Sequence record: NC_028840.1
Length of the DNA stretch: 64,000 nt
From: Escherichia phage slur09
Strand: one strand, 5' to 3'
Shown: positions 9,162-17,196 of the stretch, one piece after another
How the letters are laid out: the number at the start of each line of letters is the position of its first letter
How positions within the stretch are numbered: the first letter of the stretch is position 1
The notes under the pieces: generated by a model
Database searches by the model: none
Seen by the model: only the letters and a program-made list of their open reading frames with translations
What the model was told of the DNA's origin: nothing
Made by a program: the position numbers and the translations under genes

Positions 9162-9480
9162 TATTGAAACTGGTCTAATAGACGGTGAAGATATTGTCAA
9201 CTCCATGCTAGAAGTAACAGTAGATAACATTAATCCTATTTTGGCTGGAGAAACCTCAGATCTTATAGGACTCTCTAGCACATTTGATTCTTTGGCTAAA
9301 TTAGCTTTAGACGATGAAGAGATAACCAAAGAAGATCTCGCTACAGCTATGAATATGGCTATTAATGCTTACATCGGTAAACGTACTGATGAACTTGGTA
9401 AACAGATCAATAAGCGTGATGCTACGCTAGGTCTTATGGAAACGGCCACTATGTTAAGAAGTGGTAAACAACTTCATTAA
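9142..9480 (+). CDS. hypothetical acidic protein (start uncertain)
   Basis: Track ORF 9043-9480; ATG 9142 has GGAG 5 nt upstream; alternative ATG at 9109. Confidence 0.4.
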   Translation: MKEWESNIETGLIDGEDIVNSMLEVTVDNINPILAGETSDLIGLSSTFDSLAKLALDDEEITKEDLATAMNMAINAYIGKRTDELGKQINKRDATLGLMETATMLRSGKQLH

Positions 9481-9486
9481 TTTTAG

Positions 9487-9517
9487 GAGGCCAGGACTTA
9501 GTTGTTCTGGCCTTTTG
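9487..9517 (+). terminator. rho-independent terminator
   Basis: Hairpin GGCCAG/CTGGCC followed by TTTT. Confidence 0.5.
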
Positions 9518-9540
9518 AGTACATATAAAAGGAGACTATA

Positions 9541-9774
9541 GTGGAAATTGTATTAATTATTCTTGCAATAGCACTATTATTTGCAATCAGCATATCTATT
9601 AAAAAGACTCGTGATCTTAATAGGACTATAGATGATAACAGAAAACTACGTGGTGAAAAGGCTAGGCTTAACCTACAGCATGAAGCTCTGAAGTTATTTG
9701 TAGTTCAGGGCAATAGAAACCATACTCCTGAAGATTTTATTAAACAGCTTAAAAAGCACTTAGGGCTCAAATAA
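9541..9774 (+). CDS. small membrane protein (GTG start)
   Basis: 77 aa, N-terminal TM helix; RBS AAAAGGAG upstream. Confidence 0.4.
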   Translation: MEIVLIILAIALLFAISISIKKTRDLNRTIDDNRKLRGEKARLNLQHEALKLFVVQGNRNHTPEDFIKQLKKHLGLK

Positions 9775-9959
9775 TGGAAACTCTTTTTCTTTTAATGCTC
9801 GTAGGTTCTCTGTTACTAATACTAGCACTTCTACTAATCTGCAACATTCTTAACAACAAGAATCTAGAGTTAAAGTGCGAAAACCAAATCCTTAATCGTG
9901 AACTTAAACAATATAATCTAGCAGCACATAAACTGTTAGACAAACTGGAGAATAAATAA
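9774..9959 (+). CDS. small membrane protein
   Basis: 61 aa, N-terminal TM helix plus coiled coil. Confidence 0.4.
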   Translation: METLFLLMLVGSLLLILALLLICNILNNKNLELKCENQILNRELKQYNLAAHKLLDKLENK

Positions 9960-10570
9960 TGTTTACACAACAACCTATTCAAGTAGTACCAGACCATGAA
10001 CTGAACACATGGGATTATAGCTTTAAAGATTTAACTGCTACTATACAATTCAAATCTATGAAGCTAACATTTGCACACACTGACCTTAGAGCATGTAAAG
10101 ATCTTGAAGGTAAGCTCGAAGATGCTCGTAAGATTTTTGGCACGGCTCGCATCCCGGCTGATAACCTGATTAATGCACTGATCGATGCAGGATACAAACT
10201 AGTGAAGGCTGAGGTTAACCGTCCTAGTACTCCTGTAACTATTAGAGATCCGTGGCAGTCAGGGACAATCTCAATGCTGAGTAACTCCGATAAAAGGTTA
10301 ATGTCGGATATGCACAATGTTCCTTGTGGGGGTGTGGTAAGTAGTACGAAGTCATATAAGTTTGGGGAAGATTACGGCCCTTCTGTACAGTTGAAACATA
10401 CTCAAGAAGCTTTTGAATCTGATATGCGAAGCGTAGCACCTGCGGATGCTGAAGGTTTTAAAAGTCCCCTCTATGTTACTCACTTTAATAATCTTAGACC
10501 TGGGAGTATAAGTGATACTATCCTTGAAGCGTTGGGAGCTGCTATTAATGAAGATAAGAGGGGTAATTAA
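9959..10570 (+). CDS. hypothetical protein
   Basis: 203 aa ORF, RBS GGAGAA. Confidence 0.5.
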   Translation: MFTQQPIQVVPDHELNTWDYSFKDLTATIQFKSMKLTFAHTDLRACKDLEGKLEDARKIFGTARIPADNLINALIDAGYKLVKAEVNRPSTPVTIRDPWQSGTISMLSNSDKRLMSDMHNVPCGGVVSSTKSYKFGEDYGPSVQLKHTQEAFESDMRSVAPADAEGFKSPLYVTHFNNLRPGSISDTILEALGAAINEDKRGN

Positions 10571-11295
10571 TGAGTATAAAAAAGAATTTAGCAGAGATTA
10601 TTAAATTAGCTAGAGCTTGTAATGGGAAATGTGTTTCTCAGCTTAATGAGTTAGAGGCACATGCAGTGGCATTTTGTGCAGAGTTCTATCCTGCATACAT
10701 TAATGCTAGTGGACAACCTAAATATAATAAAGATGCAGAAGAAGTTACGTTAGCTCCTTCTTATATTAGTATACGTCGTCTGATTCAAACTGTTGATCCG
10801 ACTATTAAAGGATTTTCAGCAGATTCATTCCATGTCTTTGCTGATAAAGAACTCCCACATTTTAAAGAAGGAAGTGCAAAGACAGCCCTAGAATGTTATC
10901 CTAAGATTTTGATGATTCCACCTAAGCAATGTAAATACGATCATCTTCCTAGACTTACAAAGAAAGTAGAACCACCTTATTCTTCTCTATCTGAATTAAA
11001 GCTAGGAATTGTATCGACACTTGCGCAGGTTCATCTAAGTATAGTTGACGACTCAACAACATCTAATCCTATTCTAGATGCTGCACACTTTGAAATTTTA
11101 CGTGATCCTGAACAAGCTAGAAAAGTTGCAAAGTCTGTTAAGTTTGATATAGCAACAATTCTTGACACTAAACAAGAAACTAGACCTAGAGGAAGTGTAG
11201 ATTATTCTGCGCTAAACTCCGAGTCATCTTACTTAGCAACATTCCTTTTCATGGCGTCAAAAGGAGTTATTCTAAAGGTTAATAAAGATGGATGA
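10570..11295 (+). CDS. hypothetical protein
   Basis: 241 aa ORF. Confidence 0.5.
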   Translation: MSIKKNLAEIIKLARACNGKCVSQLNELEAHAVAFCAEFYPAYINASGQPKYNKDAEEVTLAPSYISIRRLIQTVDPTIKGFSADSFHVFADKELPHFKEGSAKTALECYPKILMIPPKQCKYDHLPRLTKKVEPPYSSLSELKLGIVSTLAQVHLSIVDDSTTSNPILDAAHFEILRDPEQARKVAKSVKFDIATILDTKQETRPRGSVDYSALNSESSYLATFLFMASKGVILKVNKDG

Positions 11296-12016
11296 TTTAC
11301 GTGCTGAAATTAATAAAAAGCTACGCGAGGAAGCCAGGAGGTTTCCTCTTAAAAACTTTTTGAAGTCAAATGGCTCTACTAATATAACGAAGATTAGGCA
11401 ACTTCACCCTGACTTCCAACAAGAGGCCTTAAACCTTATCTTTATTAGGAAAGCTTTAAAAGTCCAGAAAGAAGAGTATGGGTATGAAAGAGTTAATTAT
11501 AAGACAGCCAATCAGTTAGTAGAGATATGGTGCTATAAGCATAAAGGATACTTTATGCAAACTGCTAGATCTCACCTAGATGGGCACGGTTGTTTACAAT
11601 GTGCTAGAGAAAGCAACCTCAATACACCTATCGAGAAACCGGAAGTAGAAGAAGATGTTCAATTTCCCACATATCTCTATATCTTCTCTAATAAAGATCA
11701 GTCTAGGAAGAAATTAAAGACAAAGATTGGGGTTTCTAGAGAGCCACATCAAAGGTTTAAGAATCTAGAGTATGATAAATTGCGTGTGCCGGGTTTTGAA
11801 GATATGGAAGTATTTGGTATCTACCAGTACAAGAAAGGATCGAAAGAACTTGCTTACAAAATAGAACACCAAGCACATAAATTTTTCGAGAATAAATTTG
11901 CTAATCATTATAAATTCGATGGAGCAAAAGAGATATTCAATATTAAAGCTGTAGAGGCAGAAAAATATCTATTAAGTCAAGGTTGCATAAAAATTTACCC
12001 AACTCCAAACTCATGA
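11288..12016 (+). CDS. T5orf172-like / GIY-YIG-like domain protein with Cys/His cluster
   Basis: 242 aa; CYKHKG...HGCLQCARE cysteine cluster followed by YLYIF...KIGVSREPHQRFKN, which resembles GIY-YIG-like cores. Confidence 0.4.
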   Translation: MDDLRAEINKKLREEARRFPLKNFLKSNGSTNITKIRQLHPDFQQEALNLIFIRKALKVQKEEYGYERVNYKTANQLVEIWCYKHKGYFMQTARSHLDGHGCLQCARESNLNTPIEKPEVEEDVQFPTYLYIFSNKDQSRKKLKTKIGVSREPHQRFKNLEYDKLRVPGFEDMEVFGIYQYKKGSKELAYKIEHQAHKFFENKFANHYKFDGAKEIFNIKAVEAEKYLLSQGCIKIYPTPNS

Positions 12017-12043
12017 CGAAAATTTAAAAGTAACGAAATTTGC

Positions 12044-12073
12044 TTGACATTCGTGAGAATAATGTGTTATAAT
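12044..12073 (+). promoter_or_regulatory. near-consensus sigma70 promoter firing into coding-free repeat region
   Basis: TTGACA-N18-TATAAT immediately after stop of 11288-12016; no ORF with RBS downstream for about 1.7 kb. Confidence 0.55.
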
Positions 12074-12516
12074 AATCTCATAGATTAAAAACATCAACTT
12101 GTTTTTACCTCTAGGCCGTAGATTTACATCATTCCTCGTAGGAAAACACTTGATGACGGTTCTGCTCGCAGGTTCTCGTCAATTGTTCTTCCACACCGAG
12201 ACTTAGGAGGATGTATCAAATCGCACGCGCCTAGAGGGGCTAACTCTCATGAAATGGGGGTATATTTACTTTTAAATAACTAAAAATATTTAAAGGCAAT
12301 ATCTGTGTTCAAGATGATACACCTGTTGCCGCTCTTCTGCTAGGATGGCACAACACTTTTCTAGAAACTCCAGAGTTCTCACGAAATACTCACCCTTTCT
12401 AGGGCGGTTCTCCTAAGTTTCCAGGAACATATACTAGGCGGTTTAATACAGGGCGGTTATTGGGAGGGGGGTTATTTCTATAAGACATTTTTCCAAAACA
12501 CATTTCCAGAAATTAC

Positions 12517-13117
12517 TGTCGGATTTGCACACTGACATAAGTTTAAAAACTGGTCGGATTTGCACAATGACAGGAGTCTCCTAAGTTTTTAGGAACGCTG
12601 AAAATGGCAGCATTATTTCGGGCCGAAGGCCCATGATTGCCTGAGTTTTTAGAGCCACAGAAATTTTCACTTGTCAAGCTATTTTGCCCCATTTAGCTAA
12701 TAAAATTTTACTTTTTCTGCACTTATCTCAAATTAACCCAAATCTTCTCAACTCTTCTCCAAAATCCCCGCAAATCAGGTGCTCCGCACCAAACATGCGC
12801 CCCTCTCGCAGTTCCCCCAAGTTTCTCTCGATCTCTCATCCTCTCCTCAAACCCATACAATCACACACCCTCCAATCGAAGTCACAAAAATCTTGTCGGA
12901 TTCGCACATCTTAATCCTAGAAAAACCGTGTCGGATTTGCACATATCCCACAGGATTCGAACGCAGTTCGTGATTGCTGGAGTTTTTAGGAAAATTCATT
13001 GTCGGATTCGCACACTATAAAAATTTTTCGGGTCGGATTTGCACACTACCAAAAATTGTCGGATTTGCACATACACGCCCACGCGTAATCCAGGGGGGCA
13101 AATGTCGGTTTTGCACA
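12517..13117 (+). repeat. eight direct copies of 15-mer (T/G)GTCGGATT(T/C)GCACA
   Basis: Copies start at 12517, 12552, 12894, 12929, 13000, 13031, 13057, 13103, all same orientation, in loose pairs; region also holds TCCTAA-N4-TTAGGA palindromic motifs at about 12410 and 12580. Confidence 0.85.
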
Positions 13118-13120
13118 AAA

Positions 13121-13142
13121 GCGCAGGGCAATTGCCCTGCGC
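13121..13142. repeat. perfect 22-bp palindrome GCGCAGGGCAATTGCCCTGCGC
   Basis: Read directly; sits right after the last 15-mer copy. Confidence 0.9.
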
Positions 13143-13149
13143 TAAATAC

Positions 13150-13335
13150 GAATGATAATAAGAATCATTCTCATTTAAAAAGCGGAATGAGAATGATAAT
13201 AATTCGCATTTAGAAAGTGAAATGAGAATTATTCAGGAAGTGAAACGATTCTCATTTAAAAAGTGAAATGATTATTAGTTAGATAGTGAAATGCGAATGA
13301 TACTGATTTGCATTCAAGAATGGAAGTGAGAAACA
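13150..13335 (+). repeat. short degenerate tandem repeats of type AGTGAAATGAGAAT
   Basis: About six units (gcggaatgagaatga, agtgaaatgagaatt, agtgaaacgattctc, agtgaaatgattatt, agtgaaatgcgaatg, ggaagtgagaaacac) read by eye. Confidence 0.6.
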
Positions 13336-13347
13336 CTGTTATTTAAG

Positions 13348-13430
13348 TTATCCACAGACTTATTAACAGCACGATTTGACTTGACAGAATCCTAGCCATT
13401 TTGAGGCGTTATTAACAGACTTATCCACAG
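13348..13430 (+). promoter_or_regulatory. two exact DnaA-box 9-mers TTATCCACA
   Basis: 13348-13356 and 13422-13430. Confidence 0.5.
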
Positions 13431-13438
13431 CTTATCCT

Positions 13439-13458
13439 ACTGTATAAATATACAGTAT
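13439..13458. promoter_or_regulatory. LexA-box-like palindrome TACTGTATAAATATACAGTA
   Basis: CTGT-N8-ACAG with AT-only spacer and TA flanks; one spacer difference from my recalled SOS-box consensus TACTGTATATATATACAGTA. Confidence 0.45.
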
Positions 13459-13822
13459 TCCTACGCAGTGAATAATTCTAATATAGCGTTAAAACGTCCT
13501 AGATCGCATTCTAACGCGTTTAATTTTGGTGGGGATACTAAAACACGGGCAAAATTGGAGGAGGCTTGAAAATTAGTTAGCACGCTAACGATCACACAAG
13601 GCGACACGTAACACCCTAACCATTAGCAGGCTAACCATCGCGGGCGCGGTCAAATGAGAATGATTCTCATTTGAGAATTGGGGCACTTCCTGATAGTTGC
13701 GCCCCGTGATTATTATAGTAGTGGGCAACCGTTACGCTTTGCCCACTCCCGCCACTCATCTTGATGCCTAGACTTGCGACGGCGTACTAAAAACCGCTTG
13801 TACCAGTGATTAAACCATCGTT

Positions 13823-14026
13823 TCATAAATCCTCCTCCGGTAGTCGATGCGTGATCTTCTCCTCTTCCCCGTAGGAGTCTACCAAATGCTGATAATAACC
13901 ATCGTGATCATAAATCACTTTATCATACTCGCCACGCTCGACCGCTTGTCGGTTTTCCGGCGTATCAGGCACATAAAAAACGTCTACCGTTGTGGTAGTT
14001 TTGGTTACAACAATTTTATTGCTCAT
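13823..14026 (-). CDS. small acidic protein, unknown function
   Basis: 67 aa ORF, acidic C-terminus (GEEEKITHRLPEEDL). Confidence 0.45.
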   Translation of the reverse strand: MSNKIVVTKTTTTVDVFYVPDTPENRQAVERGEYDKVIYDHDGYYQHLVDSYGEEEKITHRLPEEDL

Positions 14027-14041
14027 ACTAACGCTCCGTTA

Positions 14042-14149
14042 TTAAAAATTACCGTATATTCCCGGCCAAATTTTACTAGTAACATAAGTTACTATTCCTG
14101 CCGTAATTATGCTGTAAACTACTAACAAGATAAACATTAAACCAGACAT
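14042..14149 (-). CDS. 35-aa hydrophobic membrane peptide
   Basis: Hand-translated MSGLMFILLVVYSIITAGIVTYVTSKIWPGIYGNF; RBS GGAGG upstream; below track length cutoff. Confidence 0.4.
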   Translation of the reverse strand: MSGLMFILLVVYSIITAGIVTYVTSKIWPGIYGNF

Positions 14150-14174
14150 AATACCTCCTCGTAAATATATAATC

Positions 14175-14519
14175 TCATTGCGCCACCTTTCGAAACGCTG
14201 TTTCAATACTATCCGCAGTGGATTGAATATACGCGCCTTTCATTATCAGGCGCTCAGTGCATACTTTGCGGAAAATATTAATAAAATCATCTTCATTTTC
14301 TGCAATTAATGCTTCACCCATAACTTGAACGTCACAAGATGCAAAAGTCAAAAATTGAAATGCTAGTTCACGGGCAACGACCGCATTAATTTTATAATGC
14401 GCCTTGCCCTCATAAATATTAATAACGCCCTTATAAGCTGGGGAAAGCTGATTTAAATAGTTTGCTAATAATGCCGGACGGCAATTAGCAACAAAGCGAT
14501 TGCCTTCATAAATAACCAT
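14175..14519 (-). CDS. hypothetical protein
   Basis: 114 aa from ATG 14519, translationally coupled to upstream gene (TAAaATG); track extends to 14558. Confidence 0.45.
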   Translation of the reverse strand: MVIYEGNRFVANCRPALLANYLNQLSPAYKGVINIYEGKAHYKINAVVARELAFQFLTFASCDVQVMGEALIAENEDDFINIFRKVCTERLIMKGAYIQSTADSIETAFRKVAQ

Positions 14520-14520
14520 T

Positions 14521-14733
14521 TTATAGCACCCCACGAAACGCAGCGTAAAAGGTGGCAAAGTGTTTAACCGTTTCAGCGATCACGTTGCCGCGCTTATCAA
14601 ATTTTTTCTCAGTAACACGAAAGGCATTTTTATTACGTGCTACATATTCGATTCTACAATCTTCCCGCTCGAACGTGTTAACATCCACCAGCTTAAAGCC
14701 TTTCGAACGTGCAAGAGAAACGTTGCGGATCAT
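14521..14733 (-). CDS. hypothetical basic protein
   Basis: 70 aa ORF; start immediately after stop of membrane peptide. Confidence 0.45.
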   Translation of the reverse strand: MIRNVSLARSKGFKLVDVNTFEREDCRIEYVARNKNAFRVTEKKFDKRGNVIAETVKHFATFYAAFRGVL

Positions 14734-14735
14734 TT

Positions 14736-14885
14736 TTATTCCCCTTTACTAGTCATGCAGCCCAGCAGATAAGAAAATACAGCGATACCCGCGCCGATAA
14801 TAACCGCGTGAACGCCGAAAGCTATTGCAAATAATGATAAAATAGCGCCCAAGATACCTGCTAGAATAGCTCGAAAAATAACCAT
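14736..14885 (-). CDS. 49-aa hydrophobic membrane peptide
   Basis: Hand-translated MVIFRAILAGILGAILSLFAIAFGVHAVIIGAGIAVFSYLLGCMTSKGE; RBS AGGAGG upstream. Confidence 0.45.
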   Translation of the reverse strand: MVIFRAILAGILGAILSLFAIAFGVHAVIIGAGIAVFSYLLGCMTSKGE

Positions 14886-14934
14886 TTGTGATAGCCTCCT
14901 AGTTATCGGGGGATATAATATCCCCCGCTATTAA

Positions 14935-15165
14935 TTACATTAAAACAATTTTTGCCGCTTGTTTTTTGGTACAGTGTTCCGCTTTCAGGGTATCCAGTAA
15001 AAAGCCAGCCGTTTGCTGATCGATTTTATCAGCGTTATATAGTTCCTGAATGGTATTATAAGTTTTAGCAATGCCGAACTCCTGCACCATTTCATATATG
15101 ACAGCGCGATTAGATACCCAACCTTGAGCGGTAAACAGATGACTAGCAGAAGAATAAGCAACCAT
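14935..15165 (-). CDS. hypothetical protein
   Basis: 76 aa from ATG 15165 behind GGAGGC; track ORF extends to 15243. Confidence 0.4.
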   Translation of the reverse strand: MVAYSSASHLFTAQGWVSNRAVIYEMVQEFGIAKTYNTIQELYNADKIDQQTAGFLLDTLKAEHCTKKQAAKIVLM

Positions 15166-15228
15166 TTTAAGCCTCCAAATTTTTGGGAAAATTTTCAATC
15201 CACCGTTTTGGTGTAAAGGCATTATAAC

Positions 15229-15256
15229 AAAAAAGGCCGCCATAAAAGGCGACCTT
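15229..15256 (-). terminator. rho-independent terminator (minus strand)
   Basis: Hairpin GGTCGCC/GGCGGCC followed by T-run on minus strand. Confidence 0.5.
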
Positions 15257-15270
15257 TACAAAACTTTACA

Positions 15271-15765
15271 TTAAACTACCTGTAAGGATTCAATATTGAA
15301 ACATCGTTTCAATTCGTCATGCAAAACAGCGTATTCATCCCATCGGGTACTATCAGGAATATAAACAAGCTGCTTTAACCGGTTTGCATATATTACCGCT
15401 TTGTTATCAATTATCTCGACGCCACCATGTTTAATAATTAATTTTATGACGGAATTAATAGGATCGCCGCCGTTTACATATGTGCCGGATTTACTTAACT
15501 GATAATGATAAAGGCTTGCATATACGTTTTCATTTTCATACCATTCGCCCGATTCCTCGTCCTCATAACCGTCACTACCAAAACGAGAAGCGTTATCAAT
15601 AGCCATTTCATGAGCGAAAGCGTCCAGATCACAACCAGCGGGAACAAAGTGTTCCTCCGTCCAACCTTCTCCGCAATAACCAGTATGACAATCGACCAAA
15701 ATGATCATATCATGTTTTGCCGTGCTCACTTCTCCCAGTGAGAAGCCATATTTTTCTTCTGGCAT
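15271..15765 (-). CDS. strongly acidic protein, unknown function (anti-restriction candidate, inferred)
   Basis: 164 aa from ATG 15765 behind AGGAGG; about 29 Asp/Glu versus 12 Lys/Arg by hand count. Confidence 0.5.
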   Translation of the reverse strand: MPEEKYGFSLGEVSTAKHDMIILVDCHTGYCGEGWTEEHFVPAGCDLDAFAHEMAIDNASRFGSDGYEDEESGEWYENENVYASLYHYQLSKSGTYVNGGDPINSVIKLIIKHGGVEIIDNKAVIYANRLKQLVYIPDSTRWDEYAVLHDELKRCFNIESLQVV

Positions 15766-15829
15766 AATTAGCCTCCTATTAATTAACAAGGGAATAGTAA
15801 AGCGGGGTAATAATCCCCGCTTAGTATTA

Positions 15830-16822
15830 TTACTCGCTTTCGGTGTTAGTTGTAAAAGTAGAAATATCGATACCTTTTACCATTTCATCAATCATCTCAG
15901 CGATGTTAAAACTTTGTACCATTTCCAGCATTGCCGCTTCCATAGCCGCTCCTGCTACCGCTTTCGCTTTCTGGTTATTTGGGGCGTACTGGTCAACCGC
16001 TACACTCAGCAGGTTAGCGATCACTACTCGACCGATAGGCGTATCAATATAACCTTTAATCATAAATGGCGCTTTTTTAGCCACTACTTTCGTGATTTGA
16101 GTTAGTGCAATTTTACCCGCTTCCAGTTTTGCAGCGTTTACAACAGCGGATTTATTAGCGGCAACGATGTTAGCAATCTTGGTCATGGTGTTTTTTCCTT
16201 TGTTTTCAGTAGTTTGAGTGTTAACGCTTTGAGTGTTAGAATTTACAGTATGTTTTTCTATACTGTCAATAGGCTGATTTTCATCTTTCCAGAACGTAAA
16301 GCCGGCTTCTTCTATCAGATCATTATAAACATACGGGCATAATTCCGACGGTAGCAAAAAATTACCGTTATCATCAAAAGCCATTACAGCCGCAAAACGA
16401 TACCCGTGATAATCTGACTTATTCCACCCAAGTGATAAATAACGCCAAAATGAATCGAGAAAATTTTCTACGTCATAAAGATCTTTATCATAAGCCTCAT
16501 AGTTTTCTATTGTGAAAACTTCTAAGCCCGCCCCAGCATCATAGGCTTTTACTGTATTGCCTTTTACTATGATAAAATCAGCATCCGGCCCCCGACTAGT
16601 AAGCAAGTGGGACTCCTGATTATATAAAACAAGCGTTGCCCCTTGTTTATATAACGGTAGAAAACTATTCATATTATAAGCATCATAATCATCAAAAAAA
16701 TTATGATGAATAGTTTCAATATTGAAAACAAAATGTTTAATGCTGGTTGTCCTGCTACCGTCCAGCAGGTTGCGCAATGCACCTTTTAAAACGGTAGCGT
16801 TATCAGGTTTATAAAGCCTCAT
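15830..16822 (-). CDS. hypothetical protein (largest gene of cassette)
   Basis: 330 aa; RBS GAGGGGGG; N-terminal Tyr/Asp-rich half and Ala/Val/Lys-rich C-terminal half; no recognisable motif. Confidence 0.5.
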   Translation of the reverse strand: MRLYKPDNATVLKGALRNLLDGSRTTSIKHFVFNIETIHHNFFDDYDAYNMNSFLPLYKQGATLVLYNQESHLLTSRGPDADFIIVKGNTVKAYDAGAGLEVFTIENYEAYDKDLYDVENFLDSFWRYLSLGWNKSDYHGYRFAAVMAFDDNGNFLLPSELCPYVYNDLIEEAGFTFWKDENQPIDSIEKHTVNSNTQSVNTQTTENKGKNTMTKIANIVAANKSAVVNAAKLEAGKIALTQITKVVAKKAPFMIKGYIDTPIGRVVIANLLSVAVDQYAPNNQKAKAVAGAAMEAAMLEMVQSFNIAEMIDEMVKGIDISTFTTNTESE

Positions 16823-17086
16823 TTGTTGGCCCCCCTCGTTAATCGGTGAGTGAATGATATAGATATTTGTTCACTAGGGGCAAGAAAAAAGAAAATGTTT
16901 TTTATTCCTTGCCTAGCGCCTATTTTTATGATAGCCGCGCAGCGGTGTAATAAAGAGCAAAACACGGCGAAGCCACCAGGCCGTCGCATTGAGGCTTTGC
17001 TTTAGTATTACCTAACAGCGTTTAGCTCGTTAGAATGCGATTTAGGCCGCTTAAAATTGATTGCAGTCGTTAACACTACCTTTTTA

Positions 17087-17106
17087 CCCTGTATATTTAT
17101 ACAGTA
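17087..17106. promoter_or_regulatory. LexA-box-like palindrome CCCTGTATATTTATACAGTA, upstream of minus-strand cassette
   Basis: Inverted copy of 13439-13458; about 265 bp upstream of the start of 15830-16822. Confidence 0.45.
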
Positions 17107-17114
17107 GGATAACC

Positions 17115-17196
17115 TGTGGATAAGTCTGTGCAAAAGTTCTTATATCGCCGCCTATCATGTCAAGCCAAAAAGTGCTGTGGATAACTTTGTGGATAA
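17115..17196 (-). promoter_or_regulatory. three exact DnaA-box 9-mers (TGTGGATAA on plus strand)
   Basis: 17115-17123, 17176-17184, 17188-17196; further near-matches at 17448-17456 and 17473-17480. Confidence 0.5.

Larger units (their letters stand above)
13316..13530. repeat. left arm of imperfect inverted repeat flanking the minus-strand cassette
   Basis: Reverse complement matches 17010-17225 in conserved blocks (CTGTATATTTATACAGTAGGATAA-CTGTGGATAAGTCTGT; TGTGGATAACTTAAAT..AGTGTTTCTCAC; GTTAGAATGCGAT). Confidence 0.75.

Noticed and set aside
12080-12480. Possible tRNA genes downstream of the promoter at 12044
   Set aside because: No segment shows a tRNA-like T-loop (GGTTCRANYC) with matching acceptor-stem complementarity; GGTTCTCGTC at about 12170 fails the purine at loop position 57.
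12517-13117. 15-mer direct repeat array considered as a CRISPR array
   Set aside because: Repeats are only 15 bp, irregularly spaced (35 to 340 bp), imperfect, and not separated by uniform-length spacers; no cas genes nearby.
12684-13213. Three plus-strand ORFs from the track (12684-12914, 12779-12973, 12974-13213)
   Set aside because: They lie in the low-complexity repeat region, lack RBS, have Pro/Ser-rich low-complexity translations and overlap one another; treated as spurious.
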